The notes: a model not told the origin generated them from the sequence alone. DNA of 38,104 bases from an uncultured Clostridia bacterium (GCA_946610655.1 CAMOCH010000003.1:1-38104); one strand, 5' to 3'. Positions 1-8,979 are shown, counted from the stretch's first letter. Translations and numbers: made by a program.

Positions 1-696
1 CGCACTAACAAATGCAGACACTGGCATACTTCCCCATCTTAATACATATTTTGGTTGTCTTCTGCTTTCCAATATTATCCTAATTATGCCATAATAAGTC
101 AAATATATTCCAGTAGCAAGTCCTTTTTTTGATGTTTTTAAATAAACAATCAAAAGCACAATAAATCCAATAAACGTGAGTATTGATTCATAGAAAAACA
201 GTGCTTCATACCATGTTCCATCAACACTCACCCCAAACGGGAACCATTGCAAATTTGGATTGGTTATCTCAAGACCATAAACTTCTTCGTTAAAATAATT
301 ACCCCATCTTCCAATTGATTGCCCAAGCATTAACACAGATGTGATAATATCAGCAATAACAAGAAAATTTTTCTTTTTTATAAATTTATAAATTGTTGCG
401 CCAATTGCTCCACCAATAATGGCACCCATAATACTCATGCCACCAGTTCTAAAATTAAAGTAGTCAGCAATTGTTAAGTCTTTTTCAAAAATGACGGAGA
501 ATAATCTTGCAGACAAAATTCCTAGTGGAATAATTGCAAGAAAAATCTCAAGTGGCATATTTGTGCCTATTTTTTTTGCTTTACATAAAATCATAGCGCA
601 AATAACACATGCAATAATTGCCCCACTAATAATAAGGCCATAAAAATATATGTCAACACCAAAAATGGTAAATGCAACTTTGTTTAACTCTAACAT
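1..696 (-). CDS. lgt: Prolipoprotein diacylglyceryl transferase, 3' end outside the window (not in ORF track)
   Basis: Hand translation from ATG at 696 gives MLELNKVAFTIFGVDIYFYGLII...GGMSIMGAIIGG...GQSIGRWGNYFNEEVYG...ALFFYES, which are Lgt signature segments. Confidence 0.93.
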   Translation of the reverse strand, partial: MLELNKVAFTIFGVDIYFYGLIISGAIIACVICAMILCKAKKIGTNMPLEIFLAIIPLGILSARLFSVIFEKDLTIADYFNFRTGGMSIMGAIIGGAIGATIYKFIKKKNFLVIADIITSVLMLGQSIGRWGNYFNEEVYGLEITNPNLQWFPFGVSVDGTWYEALFFYESILTFIGFIVLLIVYLKTSKKGLATGIYLTYYGIIRIILESRRQPKYVLRWGSMPVSAFVSA

Positions 697-702
697 AGTA
701 AT

Positions 703-731
703 ATTATACAAAAGCCAGCAAAAAAAGGCAA
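703..731 (-). promoter_or_regulatory. Sigma-A promoter of lgt, probably producing a leaderless mRNA
   Basis: TTGCCT-17 nt-TATAAT, then only 6 nt (ATTACT) before the ATG; no SD. Confidence 0.65.
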
Positions 732-745
732 CAAACTTTGCAAAT

Positions 746-776
746 AAAAAAAGCTTGCAAATGCAAGCTTTTTTTT
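746..776. terminator. Intrinsic terminator (bidirectional type) after ORF 785-2170
   Basis: AAAAAAAGCTTGCA-AA-TGCAAGCTTTTTTT inverted repeat. Confidence 0.85.
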
Positions 777-784
777 AACATTTA

Positions 785-2170
785 TTATTCTTGACCAACT
801 TCGTATTGTTCACCTTCATTAGTGTGCTCATTTTGTTCCAAAAGTGTGTAAAGAACTGCAACAACTTCTTTACCATCACTAGATGTAACAGCGTTAACAA
901 TTTCTTCATTGCTGTTAAGTTTTGCTTTAAGAGCAGCAATTTCAGCATCTTTGTTTTGAATTTCTTGATCTTTAGCTTTAACAGCTGCAATCAATGCATC
1001 TACATTTGTTTTAGCAACATCTTTGTCATCACTACCAGTAAGCTCTTTACCAAGCGCTTCTTCAACTTTAGCATTAATGTCTTTAAGTGCTTGTTTGTTT
1101 GCTTCATTTTCAGCAGTTAATTCATCAATATGTTTTTCAAGTGCTTTCACATCAGTGTTTTCTGCAGCTTCTTCGCCTTCAAATTTTTTGTTAAGTTCTG
1201 CAATCAATTTTTTCAATTCGTTGTTTGCTCTTTGAGCAGCAGCCAAATCAAAGTTTGCTTTGTTAAGGTCAGCTTTAAGTTGAGCATTTTCTGCTTTAAC
1301 GGCAGCAATAGCATTTTGCAAAAGTTTATTATAAAGTTCAACAACAGTTGCTTTTGATTCTCTATCAGCAAACAAATCGCTTTTAAGAACAATTTTTCCA
1401 TCTGAATGTTGTTGATATTCAGCAAAACCAGTTTCAGAAAGAGCTACATAATATGATTGTTTATTTTTATGAGAATAATAAACAAGTGTTGGAATTCCAT
1501 TAACATCTGCACTATAGCTAAAGATATTGCCTGCTGTAATATCATCAAGTGTAATTCCTGCTTCACCGAGTGTATTAATAACAGTGTCGAAAGCTTTTTC
1601 ATCTTTGTCAAGTTCTATAACATGATTATCCCAAATAAATTTTTGTGCATGCACTCCACCAACAAATGCTGTAGCCAAAGAAGCAGCAGCTCCCAAAATC
1701 AAAAGACCATTTCTAACATAATGATGTTTTTTTGCAGGTTTTTCATCTACAACTTCAGCATCAGCAGCCTCTTCATCTGCTTGTTCTTCAACATCAGCTT
1801 CTTCAGCAGCCTCTTCATCTGCTTGTTCTTCAGCAGCAGCTTCTTCAACCACTGGCTCGTTATCAACAGCTTCATCAACTGATTCTTCTACCACTTCTTC
1901 TTCAGCTTCTTCATCTGGTTCACCATAGTTTCTTGATGCATCAAGAGAAGCGCTCTCTTCTTCAGTAAGTTCCAAATCAGCAGCACCAAGTTCCTCTTGT
2001 TCCTCTTGTTCGTCTTGATATTCTTCTCTTGCTTCTTCAAAAAGATATTCTTGTTCTTCTACTGGTTCTTCAACAGTTTCTTCAACTTCTTCATTTTTAG
2101 CTTCTGGAATTGCATCAAGAAGTTCATCAAGAGTTCTGTCTTCTTCTTTTTTTTCAACTTTCTTTGCCAT
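785..2170 (-). CDS. Orphan single-pass membrane protein, 461 aa: very acidic N-terminal region, TM helix, coiled-coil C-terminal part
   Basis: Long ORF with SD (AAGGGGA), own promoter and terminator; basic KKHH then hydrophobic GLLILGAAASLATAFVGGV; heptad-like stretches. Confidence 0.85.
   Translation of the reverse strand: MAKKVEKKEEDRTLDELLDAIPEAKNEEVEETVEEPVEEQEYLFEEAREEYQDEQEEQEELGAADLELTEEESASLDASRNYGEPDEEAEEEVVEESVDEAVDNEPVVEEAAAEEQADEEAAEEADVEEQADEEAADAEVVDEKPAKKHHYVRNGLLILGAAASLATAFVGGVHAQKFIWDNHVIELDKDEKAFDTVINTLGEAGITLDDITAGNIFSYSADVNGIPTLVYYSHKNKQSYYVALSETGFAEYQQHSDGKIVLKSDLFADRESKATVVELYNKLLQNAIAAVKAENAQLKADLNKANFDLAAAQRANNELKKLIAELNKKFEGEEAAENTDVKALEKHIDELTAENEANKQALKDINAKVEEALGKELTGSDDKDVAKTNVDALIAAVKAKDQEIQNKDAEIAALKAKLNSNEEIVNAVTSSDGKEVVAVLYTLLEQNEHTNEGEQYEVGQE
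1761..1844. repeat. In-frame 42-bp tandem duplication (2 copies, 2 mismatches)
   Basis: tcagcagcctcttcatctgcttgttcttca(a/g)ca(t/g)cagcttct at 1761-1802 and 1803-1844; encodes EEQADEEAA units. Confidence 0.9.
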
Positions 2171-2214
2171 AATAAATTCCCCCTTTTCGAGATATTTCTA
2201 TGTTTTGTGACTAC

Positions 2215-2243
2215 ATTTTAGCACACAAAGTGCATAGTGTCAA
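2215..2243 (-). promoter_or_regulatory. Sigma-A promoter with extended -10 for ORF 785-2170
   Basis: TTGACA-17 nt-TAAAAT with TG at the extended position. Confidence 0.8.
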
Positions 2244-2497
2244 TACCCATTTTAAAAATAAAACACCCCAAAAGGCAGCAAGAATTTGATATATTTTGTG
2301 ATTAAAATAAGTAAATTTTGCATTTTTTAATATTTTTGTTTGTATAATAACACAAAATACACACAAATTTATGCAAATTAAAATTTAAAATAAATTTGCA
2401 TTTTATATTTATATAAGGCTAAAAATGATGTGTTTTATAATTACTCAATATAAATATATGTTATTATTCCCCCATATGGTATAAATAAAAATGACAC

Positions 2498-2525
2498 AAA
2501 AAAAACAGGCATTTCTGCCTGTTTT
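2498..2525 (-). terminator. Intrinsic terminator after ORF 2538-4130
   Basis: AAAACAGGCA-TTTC-TGCCTGTTTT stem with U-run on the minus strand. Confidence 0.85.
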
Positions 2526-2537
2526 GTATTAAATTAA

Positions 2538-4130
2538 TTATTCATTACCAAGCCCAATTTCATCAATATTTTGTCCGTTTTCTTTGCCATTGTTAATATT
2601 TTTGTTTTGAGCTGTTGTTTCATCAACTTCTTCTTCATTTTTGGTTGCTGTGTTTTCATCTGTAACAACTTCAGTGTCTGTTCCTTTGCCTTCTTCATTT
2701 ACTTGTGATAATTCACCATCATCAGTAACACCAAGTTCGTTTCCTTCTGAATCTTTGTTGTTTTGAGCATTAGGACTTGTAACATCTTTTCCGGCAACTG
2801 GGCTAACACCCTCTTCATTCTCTCCTGTTTCATAAACAGGGTTTGCTTTTGCAGCAGCCTCTTGATATTCTTTAATCCATCCAAGCCATTCATCTATAGC
2901 ATCAGAAACAGTAGTTCCTTCTTGCCAGAAAGTCAAACTATAATCTTTTCCCTCAACTGTTGCATCATATTTAGTTTTAGTATATGTTTTAAGGAAATCA
3001 TCATATTTTTGAACAATTTCATTAGCTTTTACAAGATCATCTGCATTTTCTTTAAGTAAATCAACATTTGCTTCATAGAAAGTTTTAATTCCATCAGCTT
3101 TATTTGCGAAATTGTCATACATATTGTCATAAACTTCAAAGTCAAGATGATCAAATGCACCGTCTTTGTTAGCATCTACTACATATGTTGTGTTACCTTT
3201 ATATGTAAGAGAATCGAATCCATCTTTAGCATTTTCTTTAGCTTCAATTCCAAGAGTATTACGATCAGCTTTAGAAATTCCATCACAAACACCATCTATT
3301 ACATTGTCTATGATTACATAAGATTCACCAATTTTTTGAATTACAGTTTTAAGATCCTCATTTTCATCTGTTATAACTTGAATTGTATGATCTTTATCTG
3401 CAATTGTATTATCTTTAACAACATTTGAGGCAATTCCATGACCAAGAGCAAGAATAAATGCTACGGTCAATCCTCCAATTACCCAATTTTTTGCTTTGCC
3501 ATGTTTTTGACCACTTGCATAACCATTTTTGTAAGCAGTGTTTTTGTCTTGGTTGTTTTGAGCTTCAAGATCAGCAATACGTTTTTTACAAACAGCAGTA
3601 AGAGCTTGCATTCTTTCAGCATACTTTTGGTTTTTGTTTACGGCAGCATTAATAAGTCTATCTGCTGTTGCTTTATTGTTACCATTTTCTTTCAAGAGTT
3701 TTTCATATTCTTCTTGATAAATTTGTTTAGCAGCTCTTAAATTTTCATTAATAAACAATGCTGATTCTAATTCTTCTTTGGTTGCACGAAGTTGAACTTG
3801 CGATTCTTCATATTGTTTTTTAACTGCGGCAGCATCTGGAACAATAAACGTTGCTTCATACATAACTGCTGCAGGAGCAAGAACATTCATTACTCCAGAA
3901 TATTCATTTTTAGAAAATTTTGTTAAAAGCGCATTGATTTTTGAATTGTCAAACACACCATCTTTTATTGTAATCAAATCACTTTCACGAGAAAAAATTT
4001 CAATAAGTGCAGCTTGTCTGTTTTCAACAGATTCTTTTGCATCCAAAATATTCTTTATCTTTGTTTCGAGATTTTTAATTTTTTGAACTTCCTCAACAAG
4101 TGCATCTACCTTTTTTTGATTAATTGCCAT
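2538..4130 (-). CDS. Orphan single-pass membrane protein, ~530 aa: coiled-coil N-terminus, TM helix, EF-hand-like loop, acidic disordered tail
   Basis: SD GGAGG precedes ATG at 4130 (MAINQKK); TM WVIGGLTVAFILALGHGIA; DANKDGAFDHLD loop. Confidence 0.85.
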   Translation of the reverse strand: MAINQKKVDALVEEVQKIKNLETKIKNILDAKESVENRQAALIEIFSRESDLITIKDGVFDNSKINALLTKFSKNEYSGVMNVLAPAAVMYEATFIVPDAAAVKKQYEESQVQLRATKEELESALFINENLRAAKQIYQEEYEKLLKENGNNKATADRLINAAVNKNQKYAERMQALTAVCKKRIADLEAQNNQDKNTAYKNGYASGQKHGKAKNWVIGGLTVAFILALGHGIASNVVKDNTIADKDHTIQVITDENEDLKTVIQKIGESYVIIDNVIDGVCDGISKADRNTLGIEAKENAKDGFDSLTYKGNTTYVVDANKDGAFDHLDFEVYDNMYDNFANKADGIKTFYEANVDLLKENADDLVKANEIVQKYDDFLKTYTKTKYDATVEGKDYSLTFWQEGTTVSDAIDEWLGWIKEYQEAAAKANPVYETGENEEGVSPVAGKDVTSPNAQNNKDSEGNELGVTDDGELSQVNEEGKGTDTEVVTDENTATKNEEEVDETTAQNKNINNGKENGQNIDEIGLGNE

Positions 4131-4177
4131 TTTCGTTACCTCCAATTTTTATTGAGCTATCGTTTGTTTGTGATCAT

Positions 4178-4206
4178 ATTTTACCACACCCCATGACCCA
4201 TGTCAA
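4178..4206 (-). promoter_or_regulatory. Sigma-A promoter with extended -10 for ORF 2538-4130
   Basis: TTGACA-17 nt-TAAAAT with TG at the extended position. Confidence 0.8.
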
Positions 4207-4385
4207 TACTCATTCTCAAAAATTTTTGATTTAAAATTTCACTTTTTTATGTATATTTTTTTCAAATATTTGCGTTTTTTATGCATTTTTTATATTATTT
4301 TATATTCAATATATTCAAAATTCTGCAAAATAATTTTTGAAAAATTTTTCATTTTTTGCCAAATTTGGTCGATTTTGACATAAAA

Positions 4386-4772
4386 TTATGCCATATAACA
4401 CACCGAAATAGCCATTTCTCCGTCGTGAGATATAGATATTTCAATGGTTTTTGGGGCCTTTTTACCCACTTTTTTATATAGTTCTGGGTTAATTTTAAGA
4501 TATGGCTTGCCACTAGGCTCATGCATAACTTCAATATCTGTAAAATTTATGCCATTAACACCAATCCCAAGGGCTTTGAGTGCAGCTTCTTTACTGGCAA
4601 ACATGCCAGAAAGTGAATAATCTCGTTCACAATATGGCTTTGTTTTGGTGACCTGAGTGCTTTTGTTTTTTAAATAATCTTTTTCATTTTGGCTTAAAAT
4701 TCGATCTTCCAACTTGCCATTATCATTCACTTCAATAATACGCTTAACCTCAACAATATCCACACCTAGCAT
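4386..4772 (-). CDS. acpS: Holo-ACP synthase
   Basis: GVDIVEVKRI, FASKEAALKALG, GKP and ISISHD motifs. Confidence 0.93.
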   Translation of the reverse strand: MLGVDIVEVKRIIEVNDNGKLEDRILSQNEKDYLKNKSTQVTKTKPYCERDYSLSGMFASKEAALKALGIGVNGINFTDIEVMHEPSGKPYLKINPELYKKVGKKAPKTIEISISHDGEMAISVCYMA

Positions 4773-4775
4773 AAC

Positions 4776-5387
4776 CTAATCCTCCACATAAAAATCTTCA
4801 TTATATATTTTGTGCAGCACCTTTGAAATTGAAGAAGACGAAAAACCTTTTCTTGCAAGGTGTGCATAAAGTTTTTGCTTGCACTCTTGTTTATTTTTAT
4901 TTTTCAAATATTTTTCTGCCATATTGTAACACAAATCTTGGTCATCTTCCTCACCAAGAACACTATCTATAACAAACTTATCCACACCCTTTTGAATAAG
5001 TTTAGATTTTTTCATATTGGTGCTAAGTTTACTGCTGCTTTGTATAAACGCTTTAGCAAACTCCAAGTCGTTAATATAGCCATAAGATTTAAGTTTTTCA
5101 ATTGCCATAATTGATGCTTGCTTGCCATAGCCTTTTTTAATTAATTTTAAATACAATTCTTTTTCAGAATGCAGCCTTGATGCCAAATAATCGCTGGCTT
5201 TTGAAAAAGCTTCTTTACTTTCGCTTTCAAGAATTATTTTATTCAAAGCCTTCTCATCAATTTCTTTGCCAATACAAAAATTGTTTGCGACAGCAACCTC
5301 TTTTAGCACACCACCATAGAAATTGTCATCAACAAACAAATTAAACTTATTCTTATTTTTTTGACATGTTATTTTTGTTATTTTCAT
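4776..5387 (-). CDS. recX: RecX regulatory protein (Firmicutes long form)
   Basis: YLASRLHSEKEL..KL, GYINDLEFA, KLYAHLARKGF. Confidence 0.9.
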   Translation of the reverse strand: MKITKITCQKNKNKFNLFVDDNFYGGVLKEVAVANNFCIGKEIDEKALNKIILESESKEAFSKASDYLASRLHSEKELYLKLIKKGYGKQASIMAIEKLKSYGYINDLEFAKAFIQSSSKLSTNMKKSKLIQKGVDKFVIDSVLGEEDDQDLCYNMAEKYLKNKNKQECKQKLYAHLARKGFSSSSISKVLHKIYNEDFYVED

Positions 5388-6037
5388 TAAAACGCCTTAG
5401 ACCTGTAATATCCGCCACCAATACGAGTTATTATGCTTGCACCTCTTGCTCTTGCTCTAACTTCTTCAACCTCTTTTTCAGCAACGTCTTGAGGTATTGC
5501 AACCTTTATAAGAGGCATTGTGTCATTTGTGTTTTGATCCAAAATGTTATAACCTTTTTCAGTTAAAAGTTTACCGAGTTGAGCAAAGTCAGAATATGAA
5601 ACCTTCATTTCATAAATATCGCAATATTTATAATTAATTTTTTTTGCATATTTAACTGCGCCGTTTGCAACAGTGCCATAGGTTCTTGTAAGTTTGCTCT
5701 TACCAAGTTCCTTGCCACCAAAGTAACGAACAACTGCAATCATGGTGTTGGTTAAATTTCCATTTTTAAGAGCTTCAAAAATTGGAATGCCTGCACTTCC
5801 TGTTGGTTCACCATCATCTGTGTGCTTGGCAACAGAATAATCTTCACCAAGACGATAAGCATACGCAATATGCTTTGCGTCTTTGTTGCTCTTTTTTAAG
5901 CTTCCTAAAAGAGTTTTAACTTCTTCTTCTGTTTTAACTTCTGCTGCAATTGCGATAAAACGTGATTTATCAACAATAATTTGCACCATGTTTTGGCCTT
6001 CCACTGTTACGTAGCTAGACATTTTATCTTTTTCCAT
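5387..6037 (-). CDS. YigZ/IMPACT family protein
   Basis: KSRFIA, DDGEPTGSAG, VVRYFGG motifs. Confidence 0.92.
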   Translation of the reverse strand: MEKDKMSSYVTVEGQNMVQIIVDKSRFIAIAAEVKTEEEVKTLLGSLKKSNKDAKHIAYAYRLGEDYSVAKHTDDGEPTGSAGIPIFEALKNGNLTNTMIAVVRYFGGKELGKSKLTRTYGTVANGAVKYAKKINYKYCDIYEMKVSYSDFAQLGKLLTEKGYNILDQNTNDTMPLIKVAIPQDVAEKEVEEVRARARGASIITRIGGGYYRSKAF

Positions 6038-6081
6038 ACTCTCTCCACTTATTTATAAGTTTTTATTTATTATAGCATTAT

Positions 6082-7554
6082 CTATATTATATTTGCAAAT
6101 TCTGGTTCTGCTGAAACACTTATTCTTAAACTTTTTAGTGTTGCTGCGTCTTCTCCAAATATCATATGACTGCTGTGAGCATCTGCAAGTGCCAATTCTG
6201 GCAATTTTTCATAAGCTTTTTTTGCAACCATATCTCTTGTTGAACAAATTGAAAGCGCACTTACAACATCATATAAATTAAGTTTTTGACTATCGTCTCC
6301 ACTAAGTCTTCTTTTAAGTTCACATATTGGTTTAAGAACGTCTTCTCCAAGAAGATAAATATTGTCATCAATATGAGCAATCTCTTTAAGGCTGTTGAGC
6401 ACTGCCGCACTGCTTGCAGAAAGAAGTTCCGTTTCTCTTCCACAAATAATACTGGTATTAGGAAGTTCTATTGCAACGCTTGGCTTTCCACTTTGAGCAA
6501 ATTTATTTTTTGCAGATTGAACAACTCTTCTTTTTGAAATGTTTATTTCATGTTTTTTAATTATTCTTTCTATTCTTTGAGATGTTTCAATTGGTTCGTT
6601 GCCAAGTTTTGCATCACAAAGTGCTTTATAATATCTTCTTATTATCTCGTTGGTTGCGGCATTTTCACATTTTTTCATATCTGTGATGGCAAAGCCTGCC
6701 ATGTTAACACCCATATCTGTTGGTGACCTATATAAAGTTTTATCATTTGTGATTTTATGAAGTATTGCTTTTAAAATTGCAAAACTCTCTATATCTCTGT
6801 TATAGTTTGTAACTCTTTCGTGATAAGCACGAAGATGCCAAGTATCAACCAAGTTCTTATCTGCAAGGTCTGCTGTTGCTGCTTCATACGCAAGATTGAT
6901 TGGATTATCAACAGCAAGATTCCAAATTGGAAATGTTTCAAATTTGGCATATCCACTTTTGATGCCTTGTTTGCTTTCATGATACATTTGAGACAAACAA
7001 GTCCCCATTTTTCCACTGCCTGGCCCAGGCGCAGTTACAACAACGATTGGTCTTGTTGTTTTTATGTATGGATTTGCTCCATAACCTTCTTCACTAACAA
7101 TAAGGTCAACATTATCAGGATAACCTTGTGTTGGTTTGTGAATATAAACATTTTCACCACGATTTTTAAGTTGTTTAACAAATTTATCTGCAGATTTTTG
7201 ACCTGCATACATGGTTATGACAATGCTAGAAACAAAAAGCCCCATTTTGCGCAAACGCTCAACTTGACGAATAACTTCGTTATCATAAGTGAGACCATAG
7301 TCTGCACGAATTTTCTTTCTTTCAATATCACTTGCACTAACAACCATAATTATTTCTGTTTTATCTGCAAGTTTTTGAAGTATTCTAACTTTTGAATCAG
7401 CTCTAAAACCCGGCAAAACTCTGCTTGCATGTAAATCATCAAAAAGCTTTCCTCCAAACTCCATATAAAGTTTACCAGAAAACATTTCAACTCTTTTTAA
7501 TATTTGCTCAGATTGAAGTTTTTCATACTTCTCACTATCAAAACCAAAATCCAT
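6082..7554 (-). CDS. DUF1846 (UPF0371) P-loop-containing protein
   Basis: KLYMEFGGKLFDDLHASRVLPGF, APGPGSGK, GYAKFETFPIWNL, SPTDMGVN. Confidence 0.9.
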   Translation of the reverse strand: MDFGFDSEKYEKLQSEQILKRVEMFSGKLYMEFGGKLFDDLHASRVLPGFRADSKVRILQKLADKTEIIMVVSASDIERKKIRADYGLTYDNEVIRQVERLRKMGLFVSSIVITMYAGQKSADKFVKQLKNRGENVYIHKPTQGYPDNVDLIVSEEGYGANPYIKTTRPIVVVTAPGPGSGKMGTCLSQMYHESKQGIKSGYAKFETFPIWNLAVDNPINLAYEAATADLADKNLVDTWHLRAYHERVTNYNRDIESFAILKAILHKITNDKTLYRSPTDMGVNMAGFAITDMKKCENAATNEIIRRYYKALCDAKLGNEPIETSQRIERIIKKHEINISKRRVVQSAKNKFAQSGKPSVAIELPNTSIICGRETELLSASSAAVLNSLKEIAHIDDNIYLLGEDVLKPICELKRRLSGDDSQKLNLYDVVSALSICSTRDMVAKKAYEKLPELALADAHSSHMIFGEDAATLKSLRISVSAEPEFANII

Positions 7555-7563
7555 TTTATCCTC

Positions 7564-8256
7564 TTAATTTGTGATATTTAAGTTTAAGTATTTTTCTAAG
7601 TTAAAAAGCTTCCATGCCATAGTTTCTTCTGGTGGATAAGCTCTAAACACCATTTTTTGACCAGTTGTTGGATGCAAAAATGATAATTCAACAGCAAATA
7701 AGTTAAGCATAACTTTTTCACCTTTACCATATTTATTATCTCCAACAAGTGGACATTTTACATTTGCCATTTGAACTCTAATTTGATGGCTTCTGCCTGT
7801 CATAAGTTTTATCTTTACCAAATTTAAGCCTTGTTCTTTTGCAAGCAAATGATATTCAAGTTCTGCTCTTTTTGCCCCTTCTTCTGTTTGAGGAACAATT
7901 GCAACTTTATTTTGTTTTTCATCTTTTTTCAAATAGTTAACAAGCATCCCATGAGAACTTGGCAAATTTCCATGACATATTGCAAAATATGTTTTATCAA
8001 AAGTGCCTTCTTCAATTTGTTTGGTAAGTCTTGCTGCACTTTTGCTATTTTTTGCAAAAACCATAACGCCACCAGTTGGTCTATCAAGCCTGTGAACAAG
8101 TCCAACAAAAACGTTGCCTGGTTTGTTATATTTTTCTTTTATATACTCTTTCACCATGGTAAGCATATCTTTATCACCACTGGCATCTTCCTGACTTGGA
8201 ACACCTTGTGGTTTGCTAACCACGATAATATGATTATCTTCAAATAAAATTTCCAT
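7564..8256 (-). CDS. RluA-family pseudouridine synthase
   Basis: HRLDRPTGG catalytic motif, TGRSHQIRVQ, GDNKYG. Confidence 0.93.
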   Translation of the reverse strand: MEILFEDNHIIVVSKPQGVPSQEDASGDKDMLTMVKEYIKEKYNKPGNVFVGLVHRLDRPTGGVMVFAKNSKSAARLTKQIEEGTFDKTYFAICHGNLPSSHGMLVNYLKKDEKQNKVAIVPQTEEGAKRAELEYHLLAKEQGLNLVKIKLMTGRSHQIRVQMANVKCPLVGDNKYGKGEKVMLNLFAVELSFLHPTTGQKMVFRAYPPEETMAWKLFNLEKYLNLNITN

Positions 8257-8265
8257 TTTTCACCT

Positions 8266-8979
8266 TTAATAATTATCCAAAACCGATTGCAAATCTATTG
8301 TGTCACTAGTAACAACAACGGCCATTGGTTCCTCATCATAGTTTCCATTTTTTGTTATTATAACAGTTGAAAGTTTTCTGTTTTGTTGGAACATAAACAG
8401 CATGCTGTCAATTGTTATAGAACTTGAAACAACTTCATAATGGTTTACAACATTAAGAACATCTAAGCCATCTGCAACAGTTTGCTTTAAAATATTATCA
8501 ATGCTAACTTTTGCAGCAATTCCTGCTCCAATTGCATCAACAATCATCTTTCTGTTTATAACGCCAACAAGTGTGCCTTTGATATACACTGGGATAATGC
8601 TATATCCACTTTCAAACATAACTTTGCAAACATCAGAAATAAGTGCATCACCTGTTATTGAAAACACTTTTCTTCTTGCAAGCACATCAACAACTCTTGG
8701 TGGTGTTGTTATAACTCTTGCAATTTGTTCAATTTTGTCAACAACGTCAGAGTTTGGTTCTGCAATCAAAGTGTCTCCTGCTCCATGAACAATGGCGTTT
8801 CTAAGTCTTCCAAATTCAATAAGGTCATCTTCATACTTTTTAATAACACTATTAATTGGAGCAATTTTTCTTATAACTTCACCAAAACCAATAGATTGCT
8901 TAATGTTATATATGTTTCTCAAACCTTGGTCTAGCTTGTTATAAGCAAAAATAAATCTATCACCATTAGATTTTTCCAT
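8266..8979 (-). CDS. CBS-pair protein with N-terminal helical RxxxxH (HEPN-like) domain
   Basis: RLRNAIVH in the N-terminal ~90 aa; CBS-like MFESGYSIIPVY...LVGVI and second repeat ...AVVVTSD. Confidence 0.75.
   Translation of the reverse strand: MEKSNGDRFIFAYNKLDQGLRNIYNIKQSIGFGEVIRKIAPINSVIKKYEDDLIEFGRLRNAIVHGAGDTLIAEPNSDVVDKIEQIARVITTPPRVVDVLARRKVFSITGDALISDVCKVMFESGYSIIPVYIKGTLVGVINRKMIVDAIGAGIAAKVSIDNILKQTVADGLDVLNVVNHYEVVSSSITIDSMLFMFQQNRKLSTVIITKNGNYDEEPMAVVVTSDTIDLQSVLDNY

Noticed and set aside
4215-4350. CodY-like AATTTT...AAAATT boxes in AT-rich spacers
   Set aside because: Three or more mismatches to AATTTTCWGAAAATT and expected by chance at this AT content; more likely UP-element A-tracts.
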